Shown here one piece after another: positions 36,206 to 49,528 of a stretch of DNA of 64,000 nt. The first letter of the stretch is position 1, and the number at the start of each line of letters is the position of its first letter. The stretch is from Squalus acanthias (Eukaryota), in NCBI GenBank assembly GCA_030390025.1, contig CM059452.1:8122001-8186000 (forward strand), read 5' to 3'. The notes under the pieces were generated by a model. It saw only the letters and a program-made list of their open reading frames with translations. It was not told where the DNA came from and did no database searches. Made by a program: the position numbers and the translations under genes.

Positions 36206-38608
36206 CTGGAATGCATGCGAGATGGTTTCCTGGATCAGTATGTGGAGGAACCAACCAGGGAACAGGCTATTCTGGATCTGGTACTGTGTAAGGAGAAACA
36301 GCTAATCAATAATCTTGTGGTAAAGGGGCCTTTAGGGACAAGTGAACATAATATGATTGAATTTTGCAGTAAGCTTGACAGTGATGTAGTCCAATCTGAA
36401 ACTAAGATCTTCTATCTAAACAGAGGAAACTACAAGGGAATGAGTGACAAGTTGGCCATGGTAGATTGCGAGACTACACTAAAAGGTATGAAGGTGCACA
36501 TACAATGGCTAACATTCAAGGAAATAATGCATAATTTGCTACAAACATATATTCCTCTCGGGCATAAAAAACCAAAAGGAAAAGTGATCCAACCATAGCT
36601 AACAAAAGAAATTAAAGCTAGTATTATGTCAAAGGAGGAAGCTTATAAAGTTGCCAGAAAAAGCGGTCAGCCTGAGGATTGTAATCTTTTTAGAAATCAG
36701 CAAAGGGGGACCAAGAAATTGATAAAGAAAGGGAAATGGAATCTGAGCACAAACTAGCAAAAAATTTAAAAGCGGATTGTAAAAGTTTCCATTTGTATGT
36801 GAAAAGGAAAAGACTGGCGAAGAAAAGTGTAGGTCCTTTGCAGTCAGAGACGGGAGAATTTATAATGGGGAATGAGGAAATGGGTTAGAAATTAAATAAA
36901 TACTTTGTTTCTCTCTTCACGGAGGAAGACACAAAAAACTTCCCAGAAATACGAGAAAGCCAAGGGTGTAACGAGAAAGAGGAACTTAAAGAAATTATTA
37001 TTAGTAAGAAAACAGTACTAGTAAAATTAATTGGACTAAAAGTCGATAAATCACAACGACCGGATGACCTACATCCTAGGGTTTTGAAAGAGGTGGCCAT
37101 TGGAATAGTGGACGCATTGGTTGTCATCTTCCAACATTCTGTAGATTCTGGAACGGGTCCTGCAGATTGGAGGATAGCAAATGTAAACCCGCTATTTAAG
37201 AAAGGAGGGAGAGAGAAAACGGGGAACTACAGACCTGTTAGCCTCACATCAGTAGTTGGGAAAATGCTGAGATCTATTATAAAGGCTGCAATAACTGGGT
37301 ACTTAGAAACTAATAGTAAGATTGGGCAGAGTCAACATGGATTTATGAAAGGGAAATCCTGTTTGACAAACCTATTGGAGTTCTTTGAGGATGTAACTAG
37401 TGGAGTAGACAAAGGGGAACCAGTAGATGTGGTGTATCTGGATTTTCAGAAGGACTTCAATAAGGTCCCACACAAGAGGTTGGTGAACAAAATTAGGGCA
37501 AATGTAATTGGGGGTAATATACAAGCATGGATTGAGAATTGGTTAACAGACAGAAAACAAAGAGTTGGGATAAACGGGTCTTTTACAGGATGGCAGGCTG
37601 TGACTAATGGGGTACCGCAAGGATCGGTGCTTGGGCCCCAGCTATTCACAATCTAACTCAATGATTTGGATGAGGGGACTAAATGTAACATTTCCAAATT
37701 TGCTGATGATACAAAGCTATGTGGCAGTGTCAGTTGCGAAGACGATGTGAAGAGGCTTCAAGAGGATCTCGACAGGCTAAGTGAGTGGGCGAGAACATTG
37801 CAGCTGGAATGTAATGTGGATAAATGTGATGTTATCCACTTCGGTAGAAAAAACAGAAAGGCAGGGTATTTCCTAAATGGTGAAAGATTGGGGAATGCAG
37901 ATGCTCAAAGGGACCTGTGTGTCCTTGTATATGAGTCACTGAAAGTGAATGTGCAGGTGCAGCAAGCCATTAGGAAGGCAAATGGTATGCTGGCCTTCAT
38001 TACAAGAGGATTTGAGTATAGGAGTAAAGAAGTCTTACTCCAATTATATAGGGCCTTGGTGAGACCACACTTGGAGTACTGTGTACAATTTTGGTCTCCT
38101 TACCAAAGGAAGGATATACTTGCCATAGAGGGAGTGCAATGAAGATTCACGAGATTGATTCCTGGGATGGCGGGACTGTCGTATGAGAAGAGATTGAGTA
38201 AACTCGGCCTGTATTCTCTTGAATTCAGAAGAATGAGAGGGGATCTCATTGAAGCATACAAAATTATTACAGGGCTTGATAGGATGGATGCTGGGAGAAT
38301 GTTTCCCTTGGCTAGGGAGTCTAGAACCAGGGGCCACAGCCTCAAAACAAAAGGTAGGCCATTCAGGACTGAGATGAGAAGAAATTTCTTCAAAAAGAGG
38401 GTGGTAAATCTTTGGATTTCTCTACCCCAGAGGGCTGTGGAAGTTCAGTCATTGGGTATATTCAAAACGGAAGTCGATAGATTTCTGACGAGTAAGGGCA
38501 TCAAGGGATATGGCGATAGGGCCGGTGAATGGAGTTGAGGCAGAAGATCAGCAATAATCTCATTGAATGACGGAGCAGGCTCGAAGGGCCGAATGGCCTA
38601 CTCCTGCT
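36206..38608 (+). mobile_element. CR1 LINE ORF2 5'-truncated, inserted in 27-bp satellite
   Basis: FLDQYVEEPTREQAILDLV, GNYRPVSLTS, GVPQGSVLGP, KFADDTKL; several stops. Confidence 0.92.
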
Positions 38609-39797
38609 GTCCTGTCTCTGTTTATATTACACTCGGCCCCGGTCTCAGTTATTATTGCACTAGACGCGGTCTCCGTTTGTGTTACACTAGGCCCTGTCTC
38701 AATTATTAATGCACCAACGCATGTCTCTTTATATTAAACTAGGCCCTGTCTCAGTTATAAGTGCACTGGATACTGTGTCCGTGTATATAACACTGGGCGT
38801 TGTCTCATTTATTACTGCACTAGGCCGTGGCTCTGTTTATATTACACTAGACCCTGTCTCAGTTATTACTGCACTAGACCGTGTCTCTGTTTATATTATC
38901 CAGACCGTGTTTCACTTATTGCTGCACTGGACCCTGTCTCTGTTTATATTACACTGGACCCTGTCTCTGTTTATATTACACTAGATCCTGTCTCTGTTTA
39001 TATTACACTAAACCCTGTATCAGTTATTACTACACTAGACCCTGTCTCTATTTATATTACACTAGGCCCTATCCCTGTTTATATTAGACTAGACCCTGTC
39101 TCTGTTTATATTACACTAGACCCTGTCTCTGTTTATATTATACTAGACCCTGTCTCTGTTTATATTACACTTGATGCTGTCTCTGTTTATATTACACTAG
39201 AACCTGTCTCTGTTTATATTGCACTAGACTCTGTCTCTGTTTATATTACACTAGACCCTGTCTCTGTTTATATTACACTAGACCCTGAATCTGTTTATAT
39301 TAATCTAGACCCTATCTCTTTAATTATTGCACCCGACCATGCCTCTGTTTATATTACACTAGACTCTGTCTCAGTTATTACTGCACTGGACTCTGTTCTG
39401 TTTAAATTACACTTGGCCCTATCTCTGTTTATATTAAACCAGACCATGTCTCTGTTTATATTACACTAGACCCTGTCTCAGTTATTACTGCACTGGACTC
39501 TGTTCTGTTTAAATTACAATTGGCCCTATTTCTGTTTATATTACACTAGACCCTGTCTCTGTTTATATTACACTAGACCCTGTCTCTGTTTATATGACAC
39601 TAGACTCTGTCTCTGTTTATATTACACTAGACCCTGTCTCTGTTTATATTACACTAGACCCTGTCTCTGTTTATATTACACTAGACCCTGTCTCTGTTTA
39701 TATTACACTAGACCCTGTCTCTGTTTATATTACACTGGGCCCTGTCTCAGTTATTACTGCACTGGATAATGTCTCTATTTATATTACACCAGGCCAT
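38609..39797 (+). repeat. 27-bp satellite
   Basis: Same unit. Confidence 0.92.
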
Positions 39798-41165
39798 AAC
39801 TCACTTAACCTCCCTGTCTCTCAGTCGTTATTCACCATCTCATCGGATTATTTCGGAGCATCCCGGCCACGGGAACATATCCAGATGTTTCTGATCAGAC
39901 CCGAGTTTCTTAAGGCATTTTCCTTCTGTTACTGCGCTGCTTTTCATCTAAACATCTGGAGTTCAGGCATGTGATGGAATAGCACATCTGGTTAAACGGG
40001 GGAAGTAATAACGACCATTCTGAAGGGTGTGGAAGGACGTTTGGGAATGGGTGGAGCTGGTGTTTAAACTCTGTGTCTGCCTCAATCCGTCTCCCCCAAC
40101 ACCCTCACCACCTCACCACTCTAACTGGGGGCCGCGATCTGCTCTAATCACATACCCGTCTCTCTGTCCTGTTCCCTGTCTCCCGCTGACTCCGGGCTCG
40201 GTGAGTTTCTGGAAGTGATTAAGCCCATCATGTCTGTACTTTCCTCTCGCTCCTCACACCATTTAATGTTCGTCTTTTGAGACTCCTATCCAATTTCTCT
40301 ATTAAAATAATTCATGTATTCATTCCACATTTTCACCGCCTTCTGTGTAAAGAATTGTTTTTCTCACCATAGAAATGTATCTTTTGCCGAATTCACTCGG
40401 TTAATGACTGGGCCATGGAGGGCTGCGGGTCCCACAATTCACAAAGGCAGAGAAAATCCCCCAACTGTCACACTGTCGAACTTTTCGCACATGCGCACGT
40501 CACCAACCGTTTTAACGACAACTTTATAAGTCTCTCGCGCGCCAAACTCTCACTTTTATGGATTAAGATGGGGCGATTATTTGGTGCAAACTGAAGTCAC
40601 TTATCCTTTTAATCGAGGTTTTTTTTGTAAATAAACGGCAGACTTGAGCAACGTATTCCGTCACACAAACATGGCCAACTGTACGTCACACAGAGGTGGC
40701 CGCCGGTTTGCCCTGCAGTGGATGACGCCACAACCTTTTCCGCACGTCACAGCACCGTGATTGGCTGTTTCTCCCATTGATTCAGGGTCAGGGCTTCACG
40801 CGCCTCTTCCAGCCTCCGCTCAGCGCGAAAGAGCCCCAGTTGGTGCAGCCTGTGACCTCTGACTCAGGGCTGTGACTCCGGGGTGTCAGCCAAGGTCTCT
40901 TAAGGGGGTCCTACACCACCCGAGAAAAATGTTTGTATCGGCTAATCACTCAAGATAAATTGGTACCAGCAAAATAGTGAAGTAGGATCGGTACTGGTAC
41001 CGAGATTGTTAGCCTGGATTATGGGCTCAATTGTCTGGAGTTGGAATTGAACCCAACAACCTTGTGACTCAGAGGCAAAAACCTTACTCACTCAGCCACG
41101 GCTGACACTTGCTGATATGTTCCCTTGAACTGGAGGCACTGTCTGCGGCAGTTTTATTTCACTGA

Positions 41166-41645
41166 GGTTTTTGTACAGCGACAGATGAGTTTTAAAACAA
41201 TGTGATTCTCAGCCCGCAGAAATATACGGCGGTGTCCTGGATTTCCGCTCGCGTGATCGTTAAAGGAAACTTCTTTTCTGCGTTGGTCTGGCCGGCCTTG
41301 AATCTTCCCTTGGCAAAATCCGCCTCGTCTTTGCTGTTTTTATCCCGGTACAAAATAAATCGCGGAGCCTGGTTCGTGTACTGCTGGTACCAGTACAGAT
41401 CGGGGTTACCGTGGCTTGCTGTGTAGCTACAGTTTATTTTCACAACATCTCCTTCAGTGACATAGAGCGCGGTCTGAGGTTGTGACACCGAATCTGCCCG
41501 AATCTCCCCTGAAATAAAAGTTAACTGAGGGTTGAATACAATACTGAGATAGAAAATCTATTAACCTCACATTGGTGCACAGACACAACGCATGGTCATA
41601 CTTACCGAACATCAGGCACAATATAACGAGGTTGCGGTACGTCAT
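41166..41645 (-). CDS. TCR alpha/delta V gene, intact (leader 41606-41645; V 41205-41508; 23-RSS 41166-41204)
   Basis: MTYRNLVILCLMF|GEIRA-DSVSQPQ..INCSY..LYWYQQYTNQAPRFILY..DTAVYFCGLR; CACATTG-23-ACAAAAACC. Confidence 0.92.
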
Positions 41646-41849
41646 GGGCTCTATTATATCTTCACAAACAACCCCTTGTAACAGCAGTTCTATTTCCTGT
41701 AGCAATCTGTTATACTGAATAAAGTGAATAACTGTTCGACTGGAAGGTATAACAGAAGGTGAGGGACTATCTCGTGCAATTCTATTCCTGGTTAAATGGA
41801 CCGAATGCATTAATTGGGTAACAGCATTTTAACTCCGCCCCTACCGCAG

Positions 41850-42180
41850 CTCACCTTCCGCTGAAACCCTCATCCCTGCCTTTGTTAACTCTGGACTCGA
41901 CTATTCCAATGCTCGACTGGCCGGCCTCCCACCTTACACCACCCGTAAACATGAGCTCATTCAAAACTCCAGTGCCCGTATCGTAACTCGCTCCGAGTCC
42001 CGTTCGCCCATCACGCCTGTGCTCGCTGACCTTCTTTGGCTCCCGGTAAGGCAACGCATCGATTTCAATTTTCTCATCCGTGTATACAAATCCCACTCCA
42101 AGGCCTCGCCCCTCTCTATTTCTGTAACTGCCTCCAGCCCCACAACCCTCCGAGATCTCTGTGCGCCTCCAATTCAGTTT
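41850..42180 (+). mobile_element. L2-type LINE fragment
   Basis: FVNSGLDYSNARLAGLP..ELIQNS..PITPVLADLLWLPVRQRIDF..VYKS. Confidence 0.75.
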
Positions 42181-42224
42181 TTGGAGATTAAAGAAATGAA
42201 GTAATGTGTTTGCTCCACAATTAC

Positions 42225-42271
42225 CTGTCAGAAATGCCCCCCAGAACAATCCAGATGCTCAGTAGCCGCAT
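42225..42271 (-). pseudogene. Orphan TCR V leader exon (47 bp, frameshifted), paralog of 62243-62287
   Basis: ATGCGGCTACTGAGCATCTGG..|gtaatt; its V exon is absent and an L2 fragment lies in its place. Confidence 0.7.
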
Positions 42272-43203
42272 TGTCGCTGTCCGTTCTGTAAAAGGTGGGT
42301 TGGATATTTGAAGACGCCCGTCCTAATCCCCGCCCTCAATAATCTGCTGTCGTGTATCAGGATGCTCTGACCTCACTTCCTTGTGTTCCCAGTGGTGCTG
42401 TGAGACCGGTAGGTGGTGAGCTGGCTGCCAGTGAATAGAAACACCCCGAGCTGAGTCAGTGTCCTTATAGGGGAATGGTTCCACTTTTAGTATCCGTGGG
42501 TGGGAATTAAACTCTTGTCTGATTATTGGAACCCGGAAGCTGAGGGATTGTTAATGGTGACGGAAAACATTCCAGCAGTAAAGAGTCATTCTGAAGGGCA
42601 ATGGACATTGGGAGAACTCTGTGCTTGGGGCTTGTTTTAAAGAGTAAAATCACTACCTTGTGAAATATGTTCATTGTGTAGAAACTGTCTGTGACCCAGG
42701 AACATACTCTGATCAAATAAACACAAATACATCGGAGTGCAGATTGAATCAGAGTGCTAAGCTGTGAGTTTGGTGAGTGAGGGAGTTCGGGGAGGGAGGT
42801 GTGCCTTCCTTTTTCCATCTTTGTCAGCTTCCTGGTGCGGCGGCGGACCTGCGTGAGGCGAGGCGGCGGCAGAGGGTTTAAAAGGCTCCAGAGACCAGGT
42901 AAGGCGGGACCAGTCTCCGAACTCGGAGGGAGGGAGAGAGGTAAAAATAATCGAGGTGTGACGTCACCAGAAAGCAGGTAAGTAATTGGTTGGTGAGTAT
43001 TTCTCTCTTTTAAACTTAAACTCTGTGGGTTGTAGTTAATATGGCCTTTCTGGTGCAGAGTGACTGTTGGTAAACCATTTAACTGGTGTAATTTAGAGGG
43101 ATTGATTTAATTTAAATCCAATTGATTAGAGAGGATACTAGCATCTATAATCGGGCAGAGAGTGTCCATAACTAACAGTAAAAAATTTAATTAATTACAA
43201 AGA

Positions 43204-44157
43204 ATGGAGCAGGTGATGTGTTACTGTTGCAAGATGTGGGAGCCAGTGGACCCCATTGAGGCCCACGGTGATTACATCTGTGACAAGTGTATGCTGCTAC
43301 AGGAACTCCAGCTCCGTGTTGATGAGCTGGAGTCTGAGCTTCAGACACTGCGACACATCAGGGAGGGGGAGAAGTACCTGGACTCTGTGTTTCAGGAGGT
43401 GGTCTCACCTATGAAGTTAATTAATTCAGATGTAGCCCATGGTCAGGGACAGGACGGTGTGACTACGAGTGAGGCAGGTACGGGGTTCCAGGAGGTAGTG
43501 TTGGAGGAGCCGCAGCCCTTGCTCTTGTCCAACAGGTTCGAGGTTCTTACTCCCTGTGGGGACGGGAGCAGGGACTGCAGGGAGGATGAGCAACCTGGCC
43601 ACAGCACCGTGGAACGGGGGGCCATTCAAGAGGGGGGAGTAAATAGAAATGTTGTAGTGGTAGGGGATAGTATTATTAGGGGGATAGATAGAGTTCTCTG
43701 CAGCCGAGAGCGAGATTCCTGTAGGCTGTGTTGCCTGCCCGGTGCCAGGGTTAAGGACATCTCCTCTGGGCTGGAAAGAAACTTGCAGTGGGAGGGGGTG
43801 GATCCAGTTGTCGTGGTCCATGTTGGTACAAACGACGTAGATAGGACAAGGAAGCCGGTTCTGTTAAAGGAGTATGAGCAGCTAGGGGTCAAATTAAAAA
43901 ACAGAACCTCAAGGGTAATAATCTCTGGATTATTACCTGAGCCACGAGCGAATTTGACTAGGACAAATAAAATTAGAGAGTTAAATGAGTGGCTCAAAGA
44001 CTGGTGTGGGAGAAATGGGTTTTGTTTCCTGGGACACTGGCACCAGTACTGGGGCAGGAGGGAGCTGTTCCGTTGGGAGGGGCTTCACTTGGCCAGTGCT
44101 GGGACTAGAGTCCTGGCGGATCATATAACTAGGGCTGTAGAGAGGGCTTTAAACTAA
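43204..44157 (+). CDS. CR1 ORF1 protein (Zn-finger, coiled coil, SGNH/GDSL esterase-like)
   Basis: CxxC..CxxC N-terminus, VVVGDSIIRG, HVGTND, EGLHL motifs; 317 aa open. Confidence 0.88.
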   Translation: MEQVMCYCCKMWEPVDPIEAHGDYICDKCMLLQELQLRVDELESELQTLRHIREGEKYLDSVFQEVVSPMKLINSDVAHGQGQDGVTTSEAGTGFQEVVLEEPQPLLLSNRFEVLTPCGDGSRDCREDEQPGHSTVERGAIQEGGVNRNVVVVGDSIIRGIDRVLCSRERDSCRLCCLPGARVKDISSGLERNLQWEGVDPVVVVHVGTNDVDRTRKPVLLKEYEQLGVKLKNRTSRVIISGLLPEPRANLTRTNKIRELNEWLKDWCGRNGFCFLGHWHQYWGRRELFRWEGLHLASAGTRVLADHITRAVERALN

Positions 44158-44254
44158 CTAGTGGGGGGGAGGTTCCTAGAGAGCAAATAATAAAAATGAC
44201 AACAGGGAAGGTCATAGACTTAGGTAGCAGTGGAGAAATTAAAAACCAGAGTGT

Positions 44255-47149
44255 GTGTCAGGAAGGGGCAGAAGGTATGGAGTAAAAGGTAAAGTAATAA
44301 AAAGGACAAAAGCAGGAACTAAGTGTCACAAAACATATTTGAAAGTTCTCTATCTGAATGCACGTAGCATTCGTAACAAAATAGATGAGTTAATGGCACA
44401 AATAACTACATATGGGTATGATCTTGTGGCCATTACAGAAACATGGCTGCAGGGTGACAATGCCTGGGAATTAAACATACCAGGTTATTTAACGATCAGG
44501 AGGGACAGGCAGGAAGGAAGGGGAGGTGGGGTGGCTATGTTAATAAAGGAAGGAATCACTGTAATACAGAGAAATGATATTAGGTCAAAAGATCAGGATA
44601 ATGAAACAGTTTGGGTGGAGATAAGGAATAATAAGGGGAAAAAACACTAGTGGGCGTAGTCTATAGGCCTCCGAACAGTTGCAACTCTGTTGGACGGAGT
44701 ATCAATCAGGAAATAGTTGAGGCTTGTAGTAAGGGAACATCTATAATTATGGGGGATTTTAACTATGATATTAATTGGACAAATCAAATTGGGCAGGGCT
44801 GCCTTGAGGATGAGTTCATTGAGTGTATTAGGGATGGGTTTCTTGAGCAGTATGCAACTGAGCCGACCAGGGGGCAAGCAACATTAGATCTGGTCCTGTG
44901 TAACGAGACAGGATTAATTAAAAATGTCCTAGTAAAGGATCCCCTTGGAATGAGTGACGATAACATGGTTGAATTCCATATTCAATTAGAGGGTGAGAAG
45001 GTTGGATCTCAAACAAGCGTGCTAAGCTTGAATAAAGGAGACTATGAAGGTATGCGAGCAGAATTACGTAGAGTGGATTGGGAAAATAGATTAAAGGGTA
45101 AGACGATACATGATCAGTGGTGTACATTTAAGGAGTCATTTTACAACTTCCAAAAAATATATATTCCACTGAGAAGAAAAGGGTGTAAAAGAAAAGACAG
45201 TCATCCGTGGCTAGGTAAAGAAATTAAGGATAGTATTCGAATGAAAACAAGGGCATATAAGGTAGCCAAATCTAGTGGGAGGATAGAGGATTTGGAAAAC
45301 TTTAAAAGACAGCAAAGAATAACTAAAAGATTGATTAAGAAAGGGAAGATAGATTATGAAAGTAAATTCGCAAAAAATATAAAAACAGATAGTAAGAGTT
45401 TTTATAATTATATAAAAAGAAAAAGGGTGGCTAAAGTAAACGTTGGTCCCTTGGAGGATGGGACCGGGAAATTAATGGTGGGAAATATGGAGATGGCAGA
45501 TGCACTGAATGAATATTTTGTATCAGTCTTTACAGTAGAGGACACTAAGAATATCCCAACACTGGACAAACAGGGGGCTATAGGGGGGGAGGAGCTAAAC
45601 ACGATCAAAATCACTAAGGAAGTGGTACTCGGTAAAATAATGGGACTCAAGGCGGATAAATCACCTGGACCTGATGGCTTACATCCTATGGGTCTTGAGG
45701 GAGGTGGCGGTAGGGATTGTGGATGCATTGGTAATAATTTTCCAAAACTCCCTGGACTCAGCAAAGATCCCGGCAGACTGGAAAACTGCTAATGTAACAC
45801 CCTTATTTAAAAAGGGCAGCAGACAGAAGGCTGGAAACTATAGACCGGTTAGCCTAACATCTGTGGTAGGTAAAATTTTGGAGTCCATTATTAAAGAGAC
45901 AGTAACGGGACATTTGGATAATCATAATTTAATAGGACAAAGTCAGCATGGTTTTATGAAGGGGAAGTCATGTTTGACAAATTTGCTGGAGTTCTTTGAG
46001 GAAGTAATATACAGGGTGGATAAAGGGGAACCAGTGGATGTGGTGTATTTAGACTTCCAAAAGGCATTTGACAAGGTGCCACACGAAAGATTATTGCTTA
46101 AGATAAAAAATCACGGGATTGGGGGTAATATTCTGGCATGGATAGAGGATTGGCTATCTAACAGAAGGCAGAGAGTTGGGATAAATGGTTCATTCTCAGA
46201 CTGGCAATCAGTAACTAGTGGTGTTCCGCAGGGGTCAGTGCTGGGATCCCAACTCTTTACAATCTATATTAACGATTTGGAGGAGGGGACCGAGTGTAAC
46301 ATATCAAAGTTTGCAGATGATACTGTGATGGGAGGGAAAGTAGTGAGTGAGGAGGACATACAAAATCTGCAAGGGGACATAGACAGGCTAAGTAAGTGGG
46401 CAGAGATTTGGCAGATGGAATACAATACAGGAAAGTGTGAGGTTATGCACTTTGGCAGGAAAAATAGTAGAGCAAGTTATTATCTTAATGGCAAGAAACT
46501 GGAAAGTACTGAAGTACAAAGGGATCTGGGGGTCCTGGTGCACGAAACTCAAAAGGTTAGTATGCAGGTGCAGCAAGTGATTAAGAAGGCCAATGGAATG
46601 TTGGCTTTCATTGCTAGGGGGATAGAATATAAAAATAGGGAGGTATTGCTTCAGTTGTACAAGGTATTGGTGAGACCGCACCTGGAATACTGCATACAGT
46701 TTTGGTGTCCATATTTAAGAAAAGACATACTTGCTCTCGAGTCAGTACAAAGAAGGTTCACTCGGTTAATCCCGGAGATGAGGGGATGGACATATGAGGA
46801 GAGGTTGTGTAGATTGGGACTCTACTCATTGGAGTTCAGAAGAATGAGAGGCGATCTTATTGAAACATATAAGATTGTGAAGGGGTTGGATCGGGTGGAT
46901 GTGGGGAGTATGTTCTCGATGATGGGTGAAACTAGAACTAGGGGGCATAGTCTTAGAATAAGGGGCTGCTCTTTCAAAACTGAGATGAGAAGGAACTACT
47001 TCACTCAGAGGGTGGTAGGTCCATGGAATATGCTGCCCCAAAAAGCTGTAGAAGCTACATCATTACATAAATTTAAAACAGAAATAGACAGTTTCCTAGA
47101 AGTAAAGGGAATTAAAGGTTACGGGGAGCGGGCAGGAATTTGGACATGA
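44255..47149 (+). pseudogene. CR1 ORF2 endonuclease/reverse transcriptase with two single-base frameshifts (~44645, ~45689)
   Basis: YLNARSI, AITETWL, IIMGDFN, LDLV, GVPQGSVLG, KFADD across three frames. Confidence 0.9.
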
Positions 47150-47544
47150 GTCTAGGTTCGGATCGGTCATGGCCCTGTGGGTAACGTAGCGGGCCCAGGG
47201 GCCGTGTAGCCTGATCCTGCTCCTATTTCGTGTGTCCAATTCTGTTGGGTTCAGGAGATGGTTCTGTGATAGTAGATTGGCGGTTAGGATCAGATCAGCC
47301 ATGATCTTATTGAATGGCGGAGCAGGCTCGAGGGGCCAATTGGCCTACTCCTGCACCTATTTCTTATGTTCTTATGTTCTTAAATCAAAGGGTCCGGGAA
47401 ACTGACAGGGGAGATGTGCAAAGGGCTGCACAATATTGCAGGCAGGCACCGAAAAGGCGTCGAAAGACAAAAGGGGTGTTAAGTTTTGTTTTAAATGCGA
47501 TTTGAAAGCACAAATTAATACAACTCCTGAATTGAATCTTTTTT

Positions 47545-48015
47545 ATTATTCGTTCCGGGATGTGAACATCGCTGACAAGGCCAGCATTGATTGCACATCC
47601 CTAATTGCCCTTGAGAAGGGGGTGGTGAGCCGCCTTCTTGAACCGCTGAAGTCCGTGTGGTGAAGGTACTCCCACAGTGCTGTTAGGGAGGGAGTTCCAG
47701 GATTTTGACCCAGCGACGATGAAGGAACGGCAATATACTTCCAAGTCAGGATGGTGTCTAACTTGCAGGGGAACTTGCAGGTGATTGTATTCCCATAAGC
47801 CTGCTGCCCTTGTCCTTCTATGTGGTAGAGGTCGCGGATTTGAGAAGTGCTGTCGAAGAAGCCTTGGCGAGTTGGTGCAGTGCATCTTGTAGATGGTACA
47901 CACTGCAGCCACGGTGCGCTGGTGGTGGAGGGAGTGAATGTTTAAGGTGGTGGATTGGGTGCCAATCAAGCGGGCTGCTTTGTCCTGTATGGTGTCGAGC
48001 TTCTTGAGTGTTGTT
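47545..48015 (-). mobile_element. LINE 3' fragment (family of 26366-28010)
   Basis: TTLKKLDTIQDKAARLI..FKKAAHH. Confidence 0.85.
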
Positions 48016-48300
48016 GATATAATGACGAGGAGCGTTGCGAGAGGGTTCCACATGACGCTCCCTGAGTCTGTAACTCTGCAATCTGGGAAATCCTCTGTCG
48101 GAGCAGAAATACAGATTCCCGCCCCACTGCACTGCTGATCCAACCAATGCCAAACAGGGAACAGCGGCAGCAATCTCTCCAATAACACAGGGTAGGCAAG
48201 GCGTGTCAGAGGGAGAGCAGCAAACGGAAGCTGTGGGCGGGGCTGCCGCGGGCGGTGTTGTCACACGTAGTATCCACCTGTGAGCAACTGAAGTCAATAA
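48016..48300 (-). pseudogene. Orphan TCR V promoter + truncated leader (ATG 48053), inverted paralog of 54590-54816
   Basis: MWNPLATLLVIIS vs MCNRLAPLLIIIS; upstream ~200 bp homologous; cut by LINE. Confidence 0.7.
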
Positions 48301-48641
48301 CAATGTCCCCTTCGGAAATTATATAACTCTGCCTCTCTGTAAGGGCTGCGTTACTTTCACATTTATTAAAAATTCGGGACAAGCAGGCTCGCGAAAGGAA
48401 TTGCAGAATTTATGTTATTCAATAATCATTGAAATCTTCATCAGTGAAGTGGGTTAAAACCAGGTGCACATCTCATTTACAATTAACTAACTTGTGAAAT
48501 TATTCAACGGTAGGGGATTGGATAACACTAATGAGCAGAAATATGAAATAAAAAGAATGTTCACGTTAATTTATTTTGAGGAATTGTCGGTCAGCATTGG
48601 TTGACGTAAAGTGACCGGCGGTGTGAATCCGCGCTCTGTCA

Positions 48642-48655
48642 GCGCCACCTGGTGG
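48642..48655 (-). promoter_or_regulatory. CTCF-binding motif ~40 bp beyond V RSS
   Basis: CCACCAGGTGGCGC on minus strand. Confidence 0.7.
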
Positions 48656-48697
48656 CCTGGTTTAAAGTATCTCTTTTGAGCTGATCTCACAGAACCC

Positions 48698-49528
48698 GGT
48701 TACTGCAAGAAGTGTCCCGATGCCCTTCTCACTGTGGGCCTCAGTGCACAGTAGTACACGGCGCGGTCAGCGAGCTGCAGCGCAGTCACTGTGAAAACAG
48801 CGACAGTTTTCGACTTTTCCAGAATGACAGAGAAACGGCCATTAACTTCATCCTTTCCAAAGGAATGTACTCGAATTATGACAGTGGGAACCTTGTTCTG
48901 GTTCTGACGATAAAGCTCCAGGTAGTAGTTGGGTTCGGAGGTTGAATAATTGCAATTAATACTCATCGAGGTTCCTTCCGGATATTGGGCTTCTGTTGGC
49001 GATTGATCAACGGAGTCTCCAGAACTCAGTCCTGCAGAAAACATTCCTGGTTACCCATGGATGCAATGAGAAAACAGGTCACCCGTTTCTCTTTCTTTAG
49101 CAATACATCTGACTAGCTCTCTGTGTGTACACAGGGTGACAAAGAGAAAGAAAGAGAAAGCATCAGATAAATGGCTGGATATAGATAGACAGGCAGGTGG
49201 ACAGAGGGTAAGACAGACAGAGAGGCAGCGAGACAGACAGACAGCAGGGGGACAAAGAGAAAAGCAGGCCGACAGGCAGATAGACAGACAGACGAAGGAC
49301 AGAGAGCGAGAGAGAGACAGACAGTGAGAGATACACACATAAACAGACAGACAAGTAGAGAGACAGGTGGATAGACAATTAGACAGATAGGTGGGCAGAC
49401 CTGGAGATCGATGAACACAGGACAGTTGTGTCAATAGTGGAATGGACAGACAGACAGATGTATAAATAAATAAACCAACCAAATAACAACGTTGTTAGGC
49501 CCCAAACAACGAAAAGCCCGAACTTCAT
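48698..49528 (-). CDS. TCR alpha/delta V gene, open frame, conserved Trp replaced by Leu (leader 49480-49528; V 48737-49031; 23-RSS 48698-48736)
   Basis: MKFGLFVVWGLTTLLF|GLSSG-DSVDQSP..INCNY..YYLELYRQ..AVYYCALRP; CACAGTG-23-GCAGTAACC. Confidence 0.85.

Larger units (their letters stand above)
42742..47381 (+). mobile_element. Full-length, near-intact CR1 LINE
   Basis: 5' UTR, ORF1, ORF2 (APE endonuclease + RT), 3' UTR, (TTCTTATG)n tail. Confidence 0.93.
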
